Assembly (NCBI RefSeq): GCF_963921235.1
Contig: NC_086097.1
Span: 78,990,001 to 79,054,000 of the forward strand
DNA from: Mobula hypostoma
Lineage: Eukaryota
Direction of reading: 5' to 3'
Length of the DNA: 64,000 nt
Part shown: positions 39,530 through 53,789 of the stretch, one piece after another
How positions within the stretch are numbered: position 1 is the stretch's first letter
Layout of the letters: each line of letters opens with the position of its first letter
Notes under the pieces: generated by a model
The model's input: only the letters and a program-made list of their open reading frames with translations
Databases searched by the model: none
What the model was told of the DNA's origin: nothing
Translations under genes and position numbers: made by a program

Positions 39530-40490
39530 GATACTAATTCTCTGTGAGAAACTTTATCCTTCAAATCCCCTTTGAAGCTCTTCTCTCTCAACTTAAACTG
39601 GGCCCTTTAACTCTAGACAACCCTACCATGGAAATTGACTCCGCCTATCTAGACATCCCATAATTTTAGTCCTCTAACATGTCACTTCTCAGCATCCTGA
39701 GTGTTCAACGACACTACAAGACCTTGACATTCACCAATGTCCTACCCTGCTTTAACTTCCCAAAATATATCGTTTTGCAAATTTCATCTGCCATTCCTTT
39801 GACCATTTTCCTAGTTGATCAACATCCAGTTGTAACCTTGGACAACTTTCTTCACTATCCATTATATCACCAATATTATGTTATCTGCAAGCTAACTTAT
39901 CAGGTCACTACATTCTCATCCAATTCGTGATATATTCCACAGAATCCTGCGGCATACCACTGATGACAAACCTCCAAGCTTAAAAACAACCCTCTGCCTC
40001 GTACAACGAAGACAATTATGTATCCATATGGCCAGTTCACCCTGAATCCTTTGTGTTCCAACCTTCCAGATTAGCCTATCACGCAGGGCCTTATTAAGGC
40101 CCAAGTAGACAACATTTACTACCCTGCCTTCATCAATCCCTTTGATAACCTCTTCAAAAAACTCAATTTGTGAGACATAATTTCCCACACAAAACCATGC
40201 CAACTAGCCCTAATCAGTCTTTGCCTTTCCAAATGCAAGTAAATCCTGTCTGTCAGAACCTCTTCCAAACACATTCCCACCAGCATGTAGTTCCCTGGCT
40301 TATCTATGTTTCCCTTCTTGAGTAAAGGCACATTAGCCTTCTGAACAACTTCAGTCTTTTGTTAACTGACCCGTGGCTGACAAAAGTACAAAAAGCTCTA
40401 CCAGAGCCTCAACAACCCCTTCCCTTACTTCCTATATCACCCTAGGACATACCGGATCAGGTCCTGGGGACTTATCTATCTTCATACATA
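39530..40490 (-). mobile_element. Decayed CR1 RT fragments
   Basis: ORFs 39916..40203 (EFFEEVIKGIDEGRVVNVVYL) and 40119..40331 (PLLKKGNIDKPGNY). Confidence 0.75.
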
Positions 40491-41196
40491 CATCTTAGAT
40501 TTTCCCCTACTAGCTGAACAAGCAATTCAGTGTCAAAAACGGTTTCAAAACAGTAAAGAAATGAATTTCTGAAGCCGATTCCAAGTTGAGCATAATTCTG
40601 CAAAGATATAAGCACCATAATCAGCAGCGGCAATCTGTTAATGCATAGCAATTTGATGAGGGAAAATATAATCTGTATTGACCATCAGCCTCTTTTGTTC
40701 ACTTCCTGCAAGTTTCGGAGAAATTAAAGTGTGCCAAACCAATCCAGTTATAATAGGGTTTAACTGATATTATGTTGCCTAATTGTGATTCAGATCAAAA
40801 ACACTGACAGCCAAACATTCATTAGTGGTCAGGTTCCTTGTGCTTAAGATGAACCTGAGGAGTTATTGATGGAAATAGTGAACCTGACTGGTGTTCACAA
40901 ATACAGTGATCTTATCAGATTGTGAATATTACCCAGATTATGCAGTATACTCTGATTCAATTAAAACTGGACAGAAGCATTGACAGTTACCATTTGGTTG
41001 CAAGGAATTTATACAAATTTATCAAAACACAGACAATATAATGTTAATCAAAAACATATTCAGCTTCTAATGAGTTGATCTGTGGCAGGTTGAACAATAT
41101 GATCAGTTCCACAATCCTTGATGGTATACACACTAAGAATACTGCGAGACAATTCTGAGTTTCAGAAACCACACAATAGAATCTATTTCTACTAAC

Positions 41197-41361
41197 CAGT
41201 GGACTTTATTGCTGCTTGAAGATTCTGTGTAACCTGCTCCAAGCACTCTGATAGGTTGAGTTGTGTGGTGACACAGCCCTCAGAAAGTTCAGGGTAACAA
41301 GCTAAAAGCAGCTCTGTCAAGCTGCAACTAAGGTGCCTGGTAACTCTGTCCTCAGAAGACT
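41197..41361 (-). CDS. ZFYVE26: ZFYVE26 exon (165 nt): SSEDRVTRHLSCSLTELLLACYPELSEGCV...LQAAIKST
   Basis: Acceptor tttttttttgccag|, donor CTG|gttagt; open frame, phase 1-1. Confidence 0.9.
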
Positions 41362-41454
41362 CTGGCAAAAAAAAAATGAGAATAATGAACTACTTTAAAA
41401 CATTCTTCACATACAGCTTCCACCCACCACTGGTTCATTCCCAATATATTTAAT

Positions 41455-41730
41455 GAAGCTGCTTGCTCATGGATTCAGTGATGAGTGTTCAATCCTGACC
41501 TCTATGACATTGTCTGGAGTATCATGCTCTCCTAGTGACAGGGTGGGTTCCCCCAGGGTGTCTAGTGCTCCTCCCACATCCTAAAGATATGCTTTCTGTA
41601 GGTTAGTTGGCCAGTGTAAGCTCATCCCTAAAGACAGAATCCGGGAAAATGCAAGAAAAATTGGCAGAGAAATGGGATTGCTCTGTGAGCCAGCGGACTT
41701 GATTGACCAAAAAGAGCCTCCTTTCATGTC
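41455..41730 (+). mobile_element. Old V-SINE/HE1-like tRNA SINE
   Basis: B-box-like gtgttcaatcc, then V-domain-like gtgggttcccccagggtg...ctcctcccacatcctaaaga. Confidence 0.6.
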
Positions 41731-42182
41731 AGATGGAAAGGTTCTGAGCAAACCACAAAATGAATGCTACTCGACCTGCTGAGTTCCTCCAGCAAATTGG
41801 TTGTTGCACAAGGTGAAATTATTTTGTGTCATAATTAATATTGAAAGCTACTGTGCCCGTCCAATTTTCTCCAACATCTATTTCCCTCCTATTTTTGGAA
41901 GTAGGTTAAGCACCTACTAATCTATTTATTCACCTCTATGTGCTTTTCATGTTTTCCAAAAAACTGTTGCTATCAGATTATAAACCTCCAGAAAACACTT
42001 TACTGTTAAGGCAGATGGAATTAAACCAAGAGCTGTGTTCTTTAGGTAATATGCTAACAAACAGCTAATCTTACTGCTCATGGATAAAGCTGGCAAAAAT
42101 AAATTAGATTATTGGGTTAAGGTGAATAGTGAATTTTATACTGAAAAGGTGGTCTTATAAATGGAGAAAAACAACTGAATTA

Positions 42183-43786
<1,604 letters not shown>

Positions 43787-43910
43787 TATATGGTAAAATT
43801 TAACCAAAGCAATCTGAATAATACTTGAAAATAGTTAATATTGGAAACAGTGACAAAAGTAAACCATGGCCTATTCCTATACACATAAAAGAATTCATAA
43901 AACAAATTAC

Positions 43911-44030
43911 TAAGTTTTGTTGATCCATGTGAACTATGAGAAAAGTTCAAAATTTTGCTCATTTGTTGAAGGACAGAAGGAAAACCTTGGATTCCATCAG
44001 GTCGACGGCCAGTAGAGTCAGGTTTTCTAC
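43911..44030 (-). CDS. ZFYVE26: ZFYVE26 exon (120 nt): GRKPDSTGRRPDGIQGFPSVLQQMSKILNFSHSSHGSTKL
   Basis: Acceptor tgtcccgcag|, donor TTA|gtaatt (weak); phase 1-1 fits neighbours. Confidence 0.87.
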
Positions 44031-44507
44031 CTGCGGGACACACAATGTATTATGTTGATTAGTTTGGAAGCTTGATGATTGAAAATTGAAACAATAATCT
44101 ATGAAAACACAAGTTTAAAAAATGAATAGCAAACTATGGTGAGTGAGGCCAAACTAAGTTCACTTTACATTTGTGAGCATGTTCAAATTAGTGTGCTCCA
44201 AAGTACTACAGACTATCAATTAAATTGCAGAATCCCTCTGAGGTGATGCTTGGTCTATTTTGAGTTCTGGCACTTTGAACTTACTCTGAACTAATGCATG
44301 GAAGGTTCAATATTAATATGCAAAGTTTGATGCACACTGGAAAAGCAATCAAAATAAGCAAGTTTCTGTTCCCAATCAATAGCAGACTTACATTGGCACC
44401 AAGCTTAATCACAAATTCAAAGCAACATTAAGTCTGGTTCAAACTTCAAACATCTTGATTTGTTCATATTCTGTTGCTTCAGTAAAAGGAAAAAACATTT
44501 CTCTTAC

Positions 44508-44771
44508 CTTTTGCCTCAAAGACTGCCATCAGTCTCCTTTCTGCTGTCTCCAGCAGCTGTTTACAGGTTTTCCACAATTGGCAGTGGGTACAAGCAAGAT
44601 CAAAGATGGCCATTGCAGGAGCACTGAGGTCCTCCAGGATATCATGGAGTGGATTGGTTGGTTCAATTTGGACCTTACTCTTCCAGAAGCTCTCCAGCAA
44701 TGCTAAGTTGGCGACTTCAGATGTATTAATCAGCTTCTCAATAACATCAGAAATAGAATAAAACACCATAC
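44508..44771 (-). CDS. ZFYVE26: ZFYVE26 exon (264 nt): GMVFYSISDVIEKL...QLLETAERRLMAVFEAK
   Basis: Acceptor cttatctag|, donor AAG|gtaaga; within ORF 44479..44805. Confidence 0.94.
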
Positions 44772-45030
44772 CTAGATAAGGAAAAGATACTACAGTGAAG
44801 ATCATCCACCATATTACCTATAAACTAACAATATAACATATGGTGAAAGAGTATCTTTTCCAACAAGAAAAGTGACATTTTGAAGATTGTGCTTTGAACA
44901 CAAAAGCTATCAATATTATTCCCAAACGATAACGTTTTACTTTCTTTGTTTAGATGCTTTCAGCATTCAGGTGTTAACAACTCAGATGTCCACAATCATT
45001 TGCTGAACTATGAAGGAATCTGATAGTTAC

Positions 45031-45223
45031 CTGCTGCTGCAGCATCACCAATTGCTTGAAGCGTGAACCGCCCGACACTTAGTTTACGATTAGCATTGTC
45101 CATGCCTTGGTTCTCCATTTTCTGTTCTACCTCAGCAAGTTCCTTGGTTACCTCCTGGTATCGTTCCATAAAGATCAGTTCACCATAACAGTAGGACGAC
45201 TGCATTTCAAACATCAAAGCTAC
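45031..45223 (-). CDS. ZFYVE26: ZFYVE26 exon (193 nt): VALMFEMQSS...TLQAIGDAAAA
   Basis: Acceptor ttttcttctcag|, donor CAG|gtaact; within ORF 45008..45322. Confidence 0.93.
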
Positions 45224-45321
45224 CTGAGAAGAAAACAAAGTAGCTTCGTCACGAGATATTCCAGCAAATGGTGAGTTGCCTCGTGTGATATTTGGTTGAA
45301 CCTTGCTGGTAAATAACAGCA

Positions 45322-46030
45322 TTTCAAGTCAAGCCAAGTCACTTTTTATTGTCATTTCGACTATAACTGCTGGTACAGTACACAGTAAAACTGAGACAAC
45401 ATTTTTCAGGACCATGGTGCTACATGAAACAATACAAAAACTACACTGAACTACGTAAAACAACACAAAAACTACACTAGACTACAGAGCTACCCAGGAC
45501 TGCATAAAGTGCACAAAACAGTGCAGGCATGACAATAAATAATAAACAAGACAATAGGCACAGTAGAGGGCAGTAGGTTGGTGTCAGTCCAGACTCTGGG
45601 TATTGAGGAGTCTGATGGCTTGGGGGAAGAAACTGTTACATTGTCTGGTCGTGAGAGTCCGAATGCTTTAGTGCCTTTTGCCAGACGGCAGGAGGGAGAA
45701 GAGTTTGTATGAGGGGTGCATGGGGTCCTTCATAATGCCGTTTGCTTTGCGGATGCAGCGTGTGGTGTGAATGTCTGTAATGTCGGGAAGAGAGACCACG
45801 ATGATCTTCTCAGCTGACCTCACTATCCACTGCAGGGTCTTGCGATCCGAGATGGTGCAAATTCCGAACTAGGCAGTCATGCAGCTGCTTAGGATGCTCT
45901 CAATACAACCTCTGTAGAATGTGGTGAGGATGGGGGGTGGGAGATGGACTTTTCTCAGCCTTCGCAGAAAGTAGAAACGCTGCTGGGCCTTCTTTGCTAT
46001 GGAGATAGTGTTGAGGGACCAGGTGAGATT
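45322..46030 (-). mobile_element. REX1-clade 3' fragment
   Basis: GVHLAENLTWSLNTISIAKKAQQRFYFLRRLRK...FYRGCIESILSSC; tail (CTTGA)-like repeats. Confidence 0.88.
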
Positions 46031-47059
46031 CTCCGCCAGGTGAACACCAAAAGGTACTTCAGAAGGTGAGAATAGTTGGCTGGCCTGGCTCAGCAAAACC
46101 AAAGCAAAAACAGCAATCATAATCAGTGCTGAAAACTCAGCATGAATTTACATACAACAGAAAGAATAAACCTTAATTTAAGTATGCAACTCATTACACT
46201 ATGCCTTCAAATATGATGTAAAACTGTTAAAAAACTCAATTCTCTTTAAAAATACAAATCTTTTTGAACAGTATAGCACTAGGAACAGAATCACAGGGGT
46301 TACAGTGAGAGATGATGGACAGGTAAGAATTAAGGAGTCTATTAAAGAGGGAGGGAGGGAAGATAGAGAAAAGAAAAGACAAGCATAATGACATGATTTA
46401 TTAGTGCAGTTTTCTGGGTCAGCTCAAGGACAGTTAAGAGTTTCCAGCACATGTATGAAAACTAGTTGCACATGGGCCAAACCAAGTTACAAATAACCAA
46501 GGCCGTTTTTCCTCCACAATGGTACTTTTTGGATTTCTAAGTAAAACAAAGCCCTTGCTTATAAAAGAGAAATATTTCTTTGTCCACAGATCAGAAGGTG
46601 GAGAGACCTATTCTTCCTTTTGCCCAGGTTGATGCATGTAAGGTCTAAATCATCTCTAAAAATGGTCTTTTACTCTGGACAAAAGAAAAATACATAAAGA
46701 GTGCTCAACTGGAATACTTCTGACTTCAAAACAACCAATCCAGGAAGGTACCAGAGTTGTCACAATATTAATAGTTCCACAGTACCACTAAATTAACATT
46801 TTAGTTACCAAATTGAAGATAAGTGATAGATAATAGCTACTACTTTTACATTGATCCTGTTCTTCTGAATATCACCCGACACAGTTAAACCATCCTTCAC
46901 CACCTTATTCACATTATTTTGTTTCCTGAACTAAAAATAATTCCTTATTCAAGCCATATGAGTTTTTTTTTAATTAACTCATGGTTTGTAGTCAGGAAGG
47001 CATGAATGAGTAATTCCATCAGCATTAATTTAGGTCCCCATTATTTGTGTGCAAGCTCT

Positions 47060-48350
47060 GGCAGTAGTTCCCAACAAGCCATCACATGGGTTATTTTACA
47101 GGTTGGCAAGAAGGAATGAATGATGTGTTACAGGGATTGCTGCTGAGTTCACAAGTTCATACAAATGATTTGGATGAAGGCACCAGAAGAATGCTGGCCG
47201 TGTTTGCTGATGACATGAGGAAAGTACATTTTTAAAAGGACACAGAGGGACATGGACAGGCCAGGTATGTAGGCAAAGATCGAGTCAATGGAGTGCAACA
47301 TGAAAAAAAGTGCATGAGTTAAATGGCAAGCAGCGGCAGAGCGTTCCGATGCAGAGAAACCTCTGGGTCTTACATGTATGATTCACCAAGGGCAAATCCA
47401 TATAAAAGTATACAAAAAGCTAACACAATAGTATTAATTATTGCTAGCAGAATTAAACAATGAAGTAGCAAGGTTATACTTCAGCTAAGTAGGTTATTGG
47501 TAAGACCCCATTTGCAGTACTGTGCACAGCGCTGGTCTCTAAGGAAAGGAGGTCAGAGAATACCTGGAATGGGCTAATTGCCCTATATAGAAAAGGTTGG
47601 ATAGAACATAGAACACAGAAAGCCTACAACTCAATACAGGCCCTTTGACTCACAAAGCTGTGCTGAACATGTCCTTACTCTAGAAATTACCTAGGGTTAC
47701 CCATAGCCCTCTATTTTTCTAAGCTCCATGTACCTATCCAGGAGTCTCTTAAAAGACCCTATTGTATCCACCTCCACCACCGTCACCAGCAGCCCATCCC
47801 ACGCACTCACCACTCTCCGGACAGGCCAGGCTATGTTCAGCAGAGCAAGAAGCAACATGACTGAACACGCAGGCTCTTGGGAATCTTGACAGTGGGCTTA
47901 TGGAGAGAATGTTTCCTCTTTTGGGAGGATCTAGACCTGGAGTCACATTTTTAAAAACTAAAGGGACACCCATTCAAGACACTAGCCAGCCGGTGATGTA
48001 GTGGCACCCGCACCGGACTTCGAGGCGAGTGGTCCCGGGTTCAAGTCCTGCCGGCTCCCTGCACACTTTCCATTCAACTCGGCCTCACAAAAATCAAATG
48101 CTAAAGAAAGTCACGGTTGCCACCTAATGCACCACAATGCGCAGAGAGGAACAACAACATTCAAGACAGATGAAAAGAAATTATCTCTCTCTCTCTCTCC
48201 CTCTCTGAAGCTTATGTGTTTGAATATGTTTGAGGCAGAGGTAGAATGATATTTGATAAGTGATGGGAAAGTGATTGATAAAAGGTTACACAGGTGGAAG
48301 GGAATGTGACGTTGAAATTACAATCAGATCAGTCATTAACTTATTAAATG
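47060..48350 (+). mobile_element. Decayed CR1 fragment interrupted by a minus-strand CR1 3' piece (47603-47818) and a tRNA SINE
   Basis: aatgatttggatgaagg..tttgctgatgac (NDLDEG..FADD); taagaccccatttgcagtactgtgcacag; CR1-type 3' UTR. Confidence 0.7.
47982..48157 (+). mobile_element. Short tRNA-derived SINE with (CAA)n tail and 11-bp TSD
   Basis: Head gccagccggtgatgtagtggc...cccgggttcaagtcc; tail gaacaacaa; TSD CATTCAAGACA at 47971-47981 and 48158-48168. Confidence 0.88.
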
Positions 48351-49005
48351 GCAATATCCTAAGAAAGAAGATCATGCACCTTTTCGACATTGTATTTCAT
48401 TTTCCCACCTCCCATCTGTAGCACGCTGGTCCAATCACTTCATCTTATCATTAATTTAAAATGAGATTAACTAAGTACCAATCAATAAACTAACTGTTAA
48501 CCTTGTCCATGCAAGTCAGCTACTTGATGGGAAATGGAACGTTCAGTTCTGATGAAGGGAAATCGACACAGCACACTGTCTCTGCTCCTCCCTCCACTGA
48601 TGCTCCCTCAGCTTTGTCAGCTGGTAAAGCTACATCACCTCTGCCTGATCTGCTGATGGTCACTATCTGGTTTTATTTAAAATATAAATGACGTTAGATT
48701 AAAAACCACACTTTTAATATCTCAGGAATGTAGTTCCAGAATTGACAGGATAAGGACAGCTTGAGGATGGGCACATTGAATGGAAGACAGAGAAAGAGAG
48801 AGGAGAATCACATCAATGATTATGAAAGGGCATTAGGTTGGTTACCTCGAGTACCATTTATGTAACATCTTATTTCAAAAGATTAAATAGGACTTAAGTA
48901 AATAACTATTTTTAACATTCATCTTTGTATTCTTTCTGCAAACTAACAGTCACACATGAAGAATGGTCATTTTTTTTAAATTCTGGAAATTGAATTCTAA
49001 TTTAC

Positions 49006-49157
49006 CTGATGTGCTTGAGCAAAGTTTCCTCTCAGGATACAAGAAATGAGAAGGGACTCTGGTGGAGCCAGCATCGTGGGTAGCAGAAGATTACGTCTGG
49101 GAACTTGAGCTTTAAGTCCCTGTTCATTTGTTGCTGTCAAATTTACAACACTTCCAT
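49006..49157 (-). CDS. ZFYVE26: ZFYVE26 exon (152 nt): DGSVVNLTATNEQGLKAQVPRRNLLLPTMLAPPESLLISCILRGNFAQAHQ
   Basis: Acceptor attgcag|, donor CAG|gtaaat; open frame. Confidence 0.93.
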
Positions 49158-50454
49158 CTGCAATATTTAATATTAATAAGTATCAACTGAAATATGACAT
49201 TACAACATGCAAAGAGAAACCAGTATTATGAATACATACAAAAACATTTAACCCAAAAAACAAATAGATAGTTCTCTGTTTTGATGGAGGGAAGCTGTAT
49301 TTCATAGCACACTTACTCAGATTTGGTAGCAGTACTATTCTTGATACAATTATTGTTAAATGGCACTATGAGGAAGTGTGCTAACAACACTTCACTACCA
49401 CATTCAACAGCGAAACAAAGTAAGGAGTATCCTCAAATTTATTTTGCTGCGGGCAGTGTGCAGGACACATTGTGAACAATTTGCTGCCATTTTATGTTAT
49501 TATTTTCCAAATGTGAGTGTCATTGGCAGGCCCAACATTTATTGCTTATCCCAATTGCCCTTGAAAAGATAGTGATCGCGGTGTATCATCTTGAATTGCT
49601 TCCGTAGTAAATGGTATACCTCAAAAAGGATTGTAAAACAAACACAAAACAATTGTTGACAATGTGGATAGATGTTTATATCCAAGATAGAATAATTCAA
49701 TGGCAAGGAAGAAACTGGCTTGGAATATCACAATGTTTGGCTGGAGCCAACACAAACCAAGGAATAGAAAACTTTGGTGAGGGTTTAGAATGAGCTCCAA
49801 AACAGTAGTGGTGATGCGGGGGTCAAAAAATTAAATAGAAAATTACAGGCACATGCCTCTAGAGGTAATCATGGGTGATTTTCGTCAACGTACAAATTTC
49901 CCCAAATCAAATTAGCAATAATACAGTGGATGAGTTGGTCCTGCAGTATGTATGTCACATTTTTTTGCAAACCAACTAGAGATTATCAAGGACTGGATAC
50001 CATTAATTACTCCCTTCTCAGTGCACAGTCTTGTGCATTATACCTTGAAGAAGAATGACTATAATATAAAATTTTACAACAAAAATAATTTGGAAAGGAG
50101 TAAATACATATGAAGAAAATCAGGAATATCTTTAGATACAAAGAGGATAAATATAAAATTGCCAGTCAAAGCAGCAGCGGGCCTGAGGATTGGGAGCAAT
50201 TCATATTTCAGCAAAAAGCATTGATCAAGAGGGGAAGGATGGATTATGATAGGAATTGTGCTGGGAAATTAAAAGCTGGCAATTAACTGCTGCTATGAAT
50301 ACATGAGGAAAAGATAAGTGAAGACAAACATAACTACAAAAAAATGGGAAAATTAGAATTGAGTTTAAATAAATGGCAGAACAATTAAACTTAAACTCTA
50401 TCTTTACAAAGGAGAACACAAATAATGTTCCAAGTGTGTTGGGGAACACAAAAA

Positions 50455-52196
50455 AGGCTGCAAAAAACAATATAGGGAGAAGATTGAGTCAAGATTCACA
50501 ACAAATAGCACATGTGACTTGTGGTGAGGGTTGCACACCATCGTAGACTTCAAAGGCAAACGTAGTGGTATCGCCAACATCGCGGCCTCTCTCCCAGATA
50601 AGCTCAATCGCTTTATGCTAGGTTCAATGTCGCTAACTCTGACCCTCCGAGGAAAGCCTGCAACCTGGTCATCTCTGAGGCTGAGGTACACAGATGTTTC
50701 CAACAAGTGGACAGTCGCAAGGCTGCGGGACTGGACAGCATCCCAGAGCGAGTACTCAGGATGTGTGCAGCACAACTGGCAGGTGTGTTTACTGACATTT
50801 TTAATCTCTCCCTCTCCCAGTGTAGAGTGCCCTCCTGCTTCAAATTATCCACCATTGTCCCTGTACCAAAAAAGACCAAGGTAACATGCCTGAACGACTG
50901 GTATCCTGTCGCACTCACCTCAATAGTAAGCAAATGCTTTGAGTGGCTGGTCAAGGATTACATCTGCAGCTTGCTGCCACCCAAACTGGAGCACCTACAA
51001 TTCGCCTACCGACAAAACTGATCAACTGATGACACATTAGCCACTGCTCTGCATACTATCTTACACATCTGGAGAAGAAGGATGCTTATGTGAGAATGCT
51101 GTTCTTGGACTACAGTTCAGCATTCAACACCCTAGTTCCATCCAGGCTCGACAAGAAGCTCAGAGACCTCAGCCTTGACCCTGTCTTGTGCCGCTGGATC
51201 CTGGACTTCCTGTCAGATCACCAACAGGTGGTAAGAGTGGGCTCCCTCACCTCCACCCCTCTGACTCTCAATACAGGAGCCCTTCAGGGCTGCGTACTGA
51301 GTCCCCTCCTTTACCCTTTGTATACCCATGACTGTGTCACTACCCACAGCTTTAATCTGCTAATTAAATTTGCCAACGACACTATATTGATTGGCCTTAT
51401 CTCAAACAATAATGAGGTGGCCTACAGGGAAGAAGTCATCTCTCTGACAGCGGTGTCAAGAAAACAACCTCTCCCTCAATGTCGCAAAAACAAAAGAGCT
51501 GGTTGTGGATTACAGGAGGAATGGAGACAGGCTAACCTCTATTGACATCAATGGATCTGGGGTTGAGAGGGTAAACAGCTTCAAGTTCCTCAGCATCTAC
51601 ATCACCAAGGACCTCACATGGTCTGTACACACCAGCTGTGTGATGAAAAAGGCACAACAGCGCCTCTTTCACCTCAGACGGTTGAGGAAGTTTGGTTTGG
51701 ACCCCCAGATCAAGAACTTTCTACAGGGGCACAATTGAGAGCATCCTGACTGGCTGCATCACTGCATGGTATGGGAACTGTACCTCCCTTAATCGCAGAG
51801 CTCTGCAGAGAGTGGTGCAGACAGCCCAGCACTTCCGTAGTTGTGAAATTCCCATGATTCAGGACATTTACAAGGACAGTTGTGTAAAAAGGGCGCGTAG
51901 GATCATTGGGGAGCCAAATCATCCCAACCACAATCTATTCCAGCTGCTACCATCCGGGAAACGGTACCACAGCATAAAAGCCAGGACCAACAGGCTCCGG
52001 GACAGCTTCTTCCACCAGGCCATCAGACTGATGAACTCACGCTGACTTCAGTGTACTGTATATTATATTGACTGTTCTATTTATTATAAATTATTATAAA
52101 TTACTATGATTGCACATTGCACATTTAGATTAACGTAAAGGTTTTTACTCCTCACGTATGTGAAGGATGTAAGAAATAAAGGCAATTCAATTCAAC
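50455..52196 (+). mobile_element. REX1-clade LINE, 5'-truncated
   Basis: CAAQLAGVFTDIFNLSL, LFLDYSSAFNT, QGCVLSPLLY, KKAQQRLFHLRRLRKFG, LPSGKRY; tail caattcaattcaa. Confidence 0.92.
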
Positions 52197-52749
52197 TTCC
52201 TGGAGAGGGAGGAACTGAGAGAAATCAGGATTGACAAAGAAGCAATGTTTGGAGATAACAGGGCAAAGAACAAAAAATCCTGGAGTATTAGAGAAAACGG
52301 CATCTTCAGAGAGCAAAACTGCACTTAGCATTGTAAGTGAGATTTCACATAATCTCAGCAATATTTTCTTTTATATTTTATCCTTATTATAAAGGCCAAT
52401 TTACAGCATTATCTTTCTCCATTAATTTTTTAACTCCTTCAGTCAGAAATAAGAAATTACAATCAAAAATAAATGGCAGAATAATTAAACACATAATTAG
52501 GTTCTGGCTTTACACAAAAAAATCCTCCCAGATATGCTGGGGAACCAGTGATCTGGCAAGAAGCAAATGAACATAATTATAGAAATAGTGCTTGGGGAAA
52601 TTAATGGGGATAAAGGTGAACAAATCTTCAGGGCCTGATAATATCTAATGCCGGAGTACAAAAAGAAATGGCAAAAGCATTAGTGATCCATATCCCAAAT
52701 TCATTAAACTTTGGAACTATTCACATAGATCAGAAAGTGGTAAATATAC

Positions 52750-53442
52750 TGTAGCCCCCCCGGCCGCCCTCAGGGTCACTTGGCTCGCTGTCGTCTAGGG
52801 AAACAGCCCTCGGCCCCGGCAAACTGGGTAATTCGTTTGTGTCGATGCTGTGTGACGTACCCCACGCCACCCTCATAACAGACAATACACCAGATACGAT
52901 TAAATGATTTACAGTTTATAGATATTACTGGAACTATATAATTAAGAGAGAATAAAATATAAAAGGAAAATAAAAGGCGCCACACTTATCAAAGTTCAAT
53001 CTCTTCGTGCACAAAAACCATTGGAGCTCAAGGACCTTCTTCTTCACCCTGCGACCCCCTTGGACCACCTCGACCGGCCGCCTGGAACCAACAACGGTGG
53101 TCGACCAGATGCTCCACATGAGTCCGTCTCCGTCTCCTTGCCGAACGCCCTCCTCGGGGTCCGACCCCACTAGCGGACATCACAGCACCTCGTCCATCCT
53201 CTGTCTCACTCTCCCGCCTTCTGCCCCAAAACCCCACGCATACAGTATCTTCAAATACACCAAAACCATAACTATCCCAATTGGTTAATAGCACTCTCTT
53301 ATCACACTCTAAAGCAAAACAAGCTGCTAGTGCAAACTTTCTCAGCGTTTAACACAACAAAGCCGCATTCCCCAGATTAACATAACAAAGACGCCATTTT
53401 AATTAGCCTCCACAGTAACATAAAAGTCGAAACCCCCTTACA
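52750..53442 (-). mobile_element. Solo LTR (693 bp), Gypsy-like
   Basis: TGTA...TACA termini; flanks atac/gtac (3 of 4 match); clean interruption of CR1 sequence; no coding region. Strand and superfamily are tentative. Confidence 0.72.
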
Positions 53443-53789
53443 GTACTATAATTTCACAACTAAAAAAAAATGGAATTTGCATGGGCCTACATAAAAGCAC
53501 AACAAACTCTATTATATAATAAATACTACATTAACAGAACACCTGGAAAGTATCAACAGTATTAGAAACTAGTCAACATGGGTTTACAAAAGGAAATGCT
53601 TAAAATGCTAAGGCTATTTGATTTATTTTTCTTCTTGAGAATGTGTCCAGTAGAATTAGTAAGGGAAAACCAATGGATGTGATGTATTTGGACTTTCAGA
53701 AAACTTTTGCTAAAATCCACTTAAAAGGTTGGCGTGCAAAATCAACATGTGGGAGTGGAGGTAATATACTGGCATGGACTGAGACTGAC

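Noticed and set aside
47985..48058. tRNA-like sequence with B box
   Set aside because: Head of a TSD-flanked SINE, not a complete cloverleaf tRNA gene; the same applies to 20270-20348.
48503..48691. ORF and exon-like stretch containing CTGATGA
   Set aside because: Exons 49006-49157 and 45031-45223 join directly in frame (AHQ|VALMF); the stretch looks like a decayed PLE terminal repeat lacking GAAAC.
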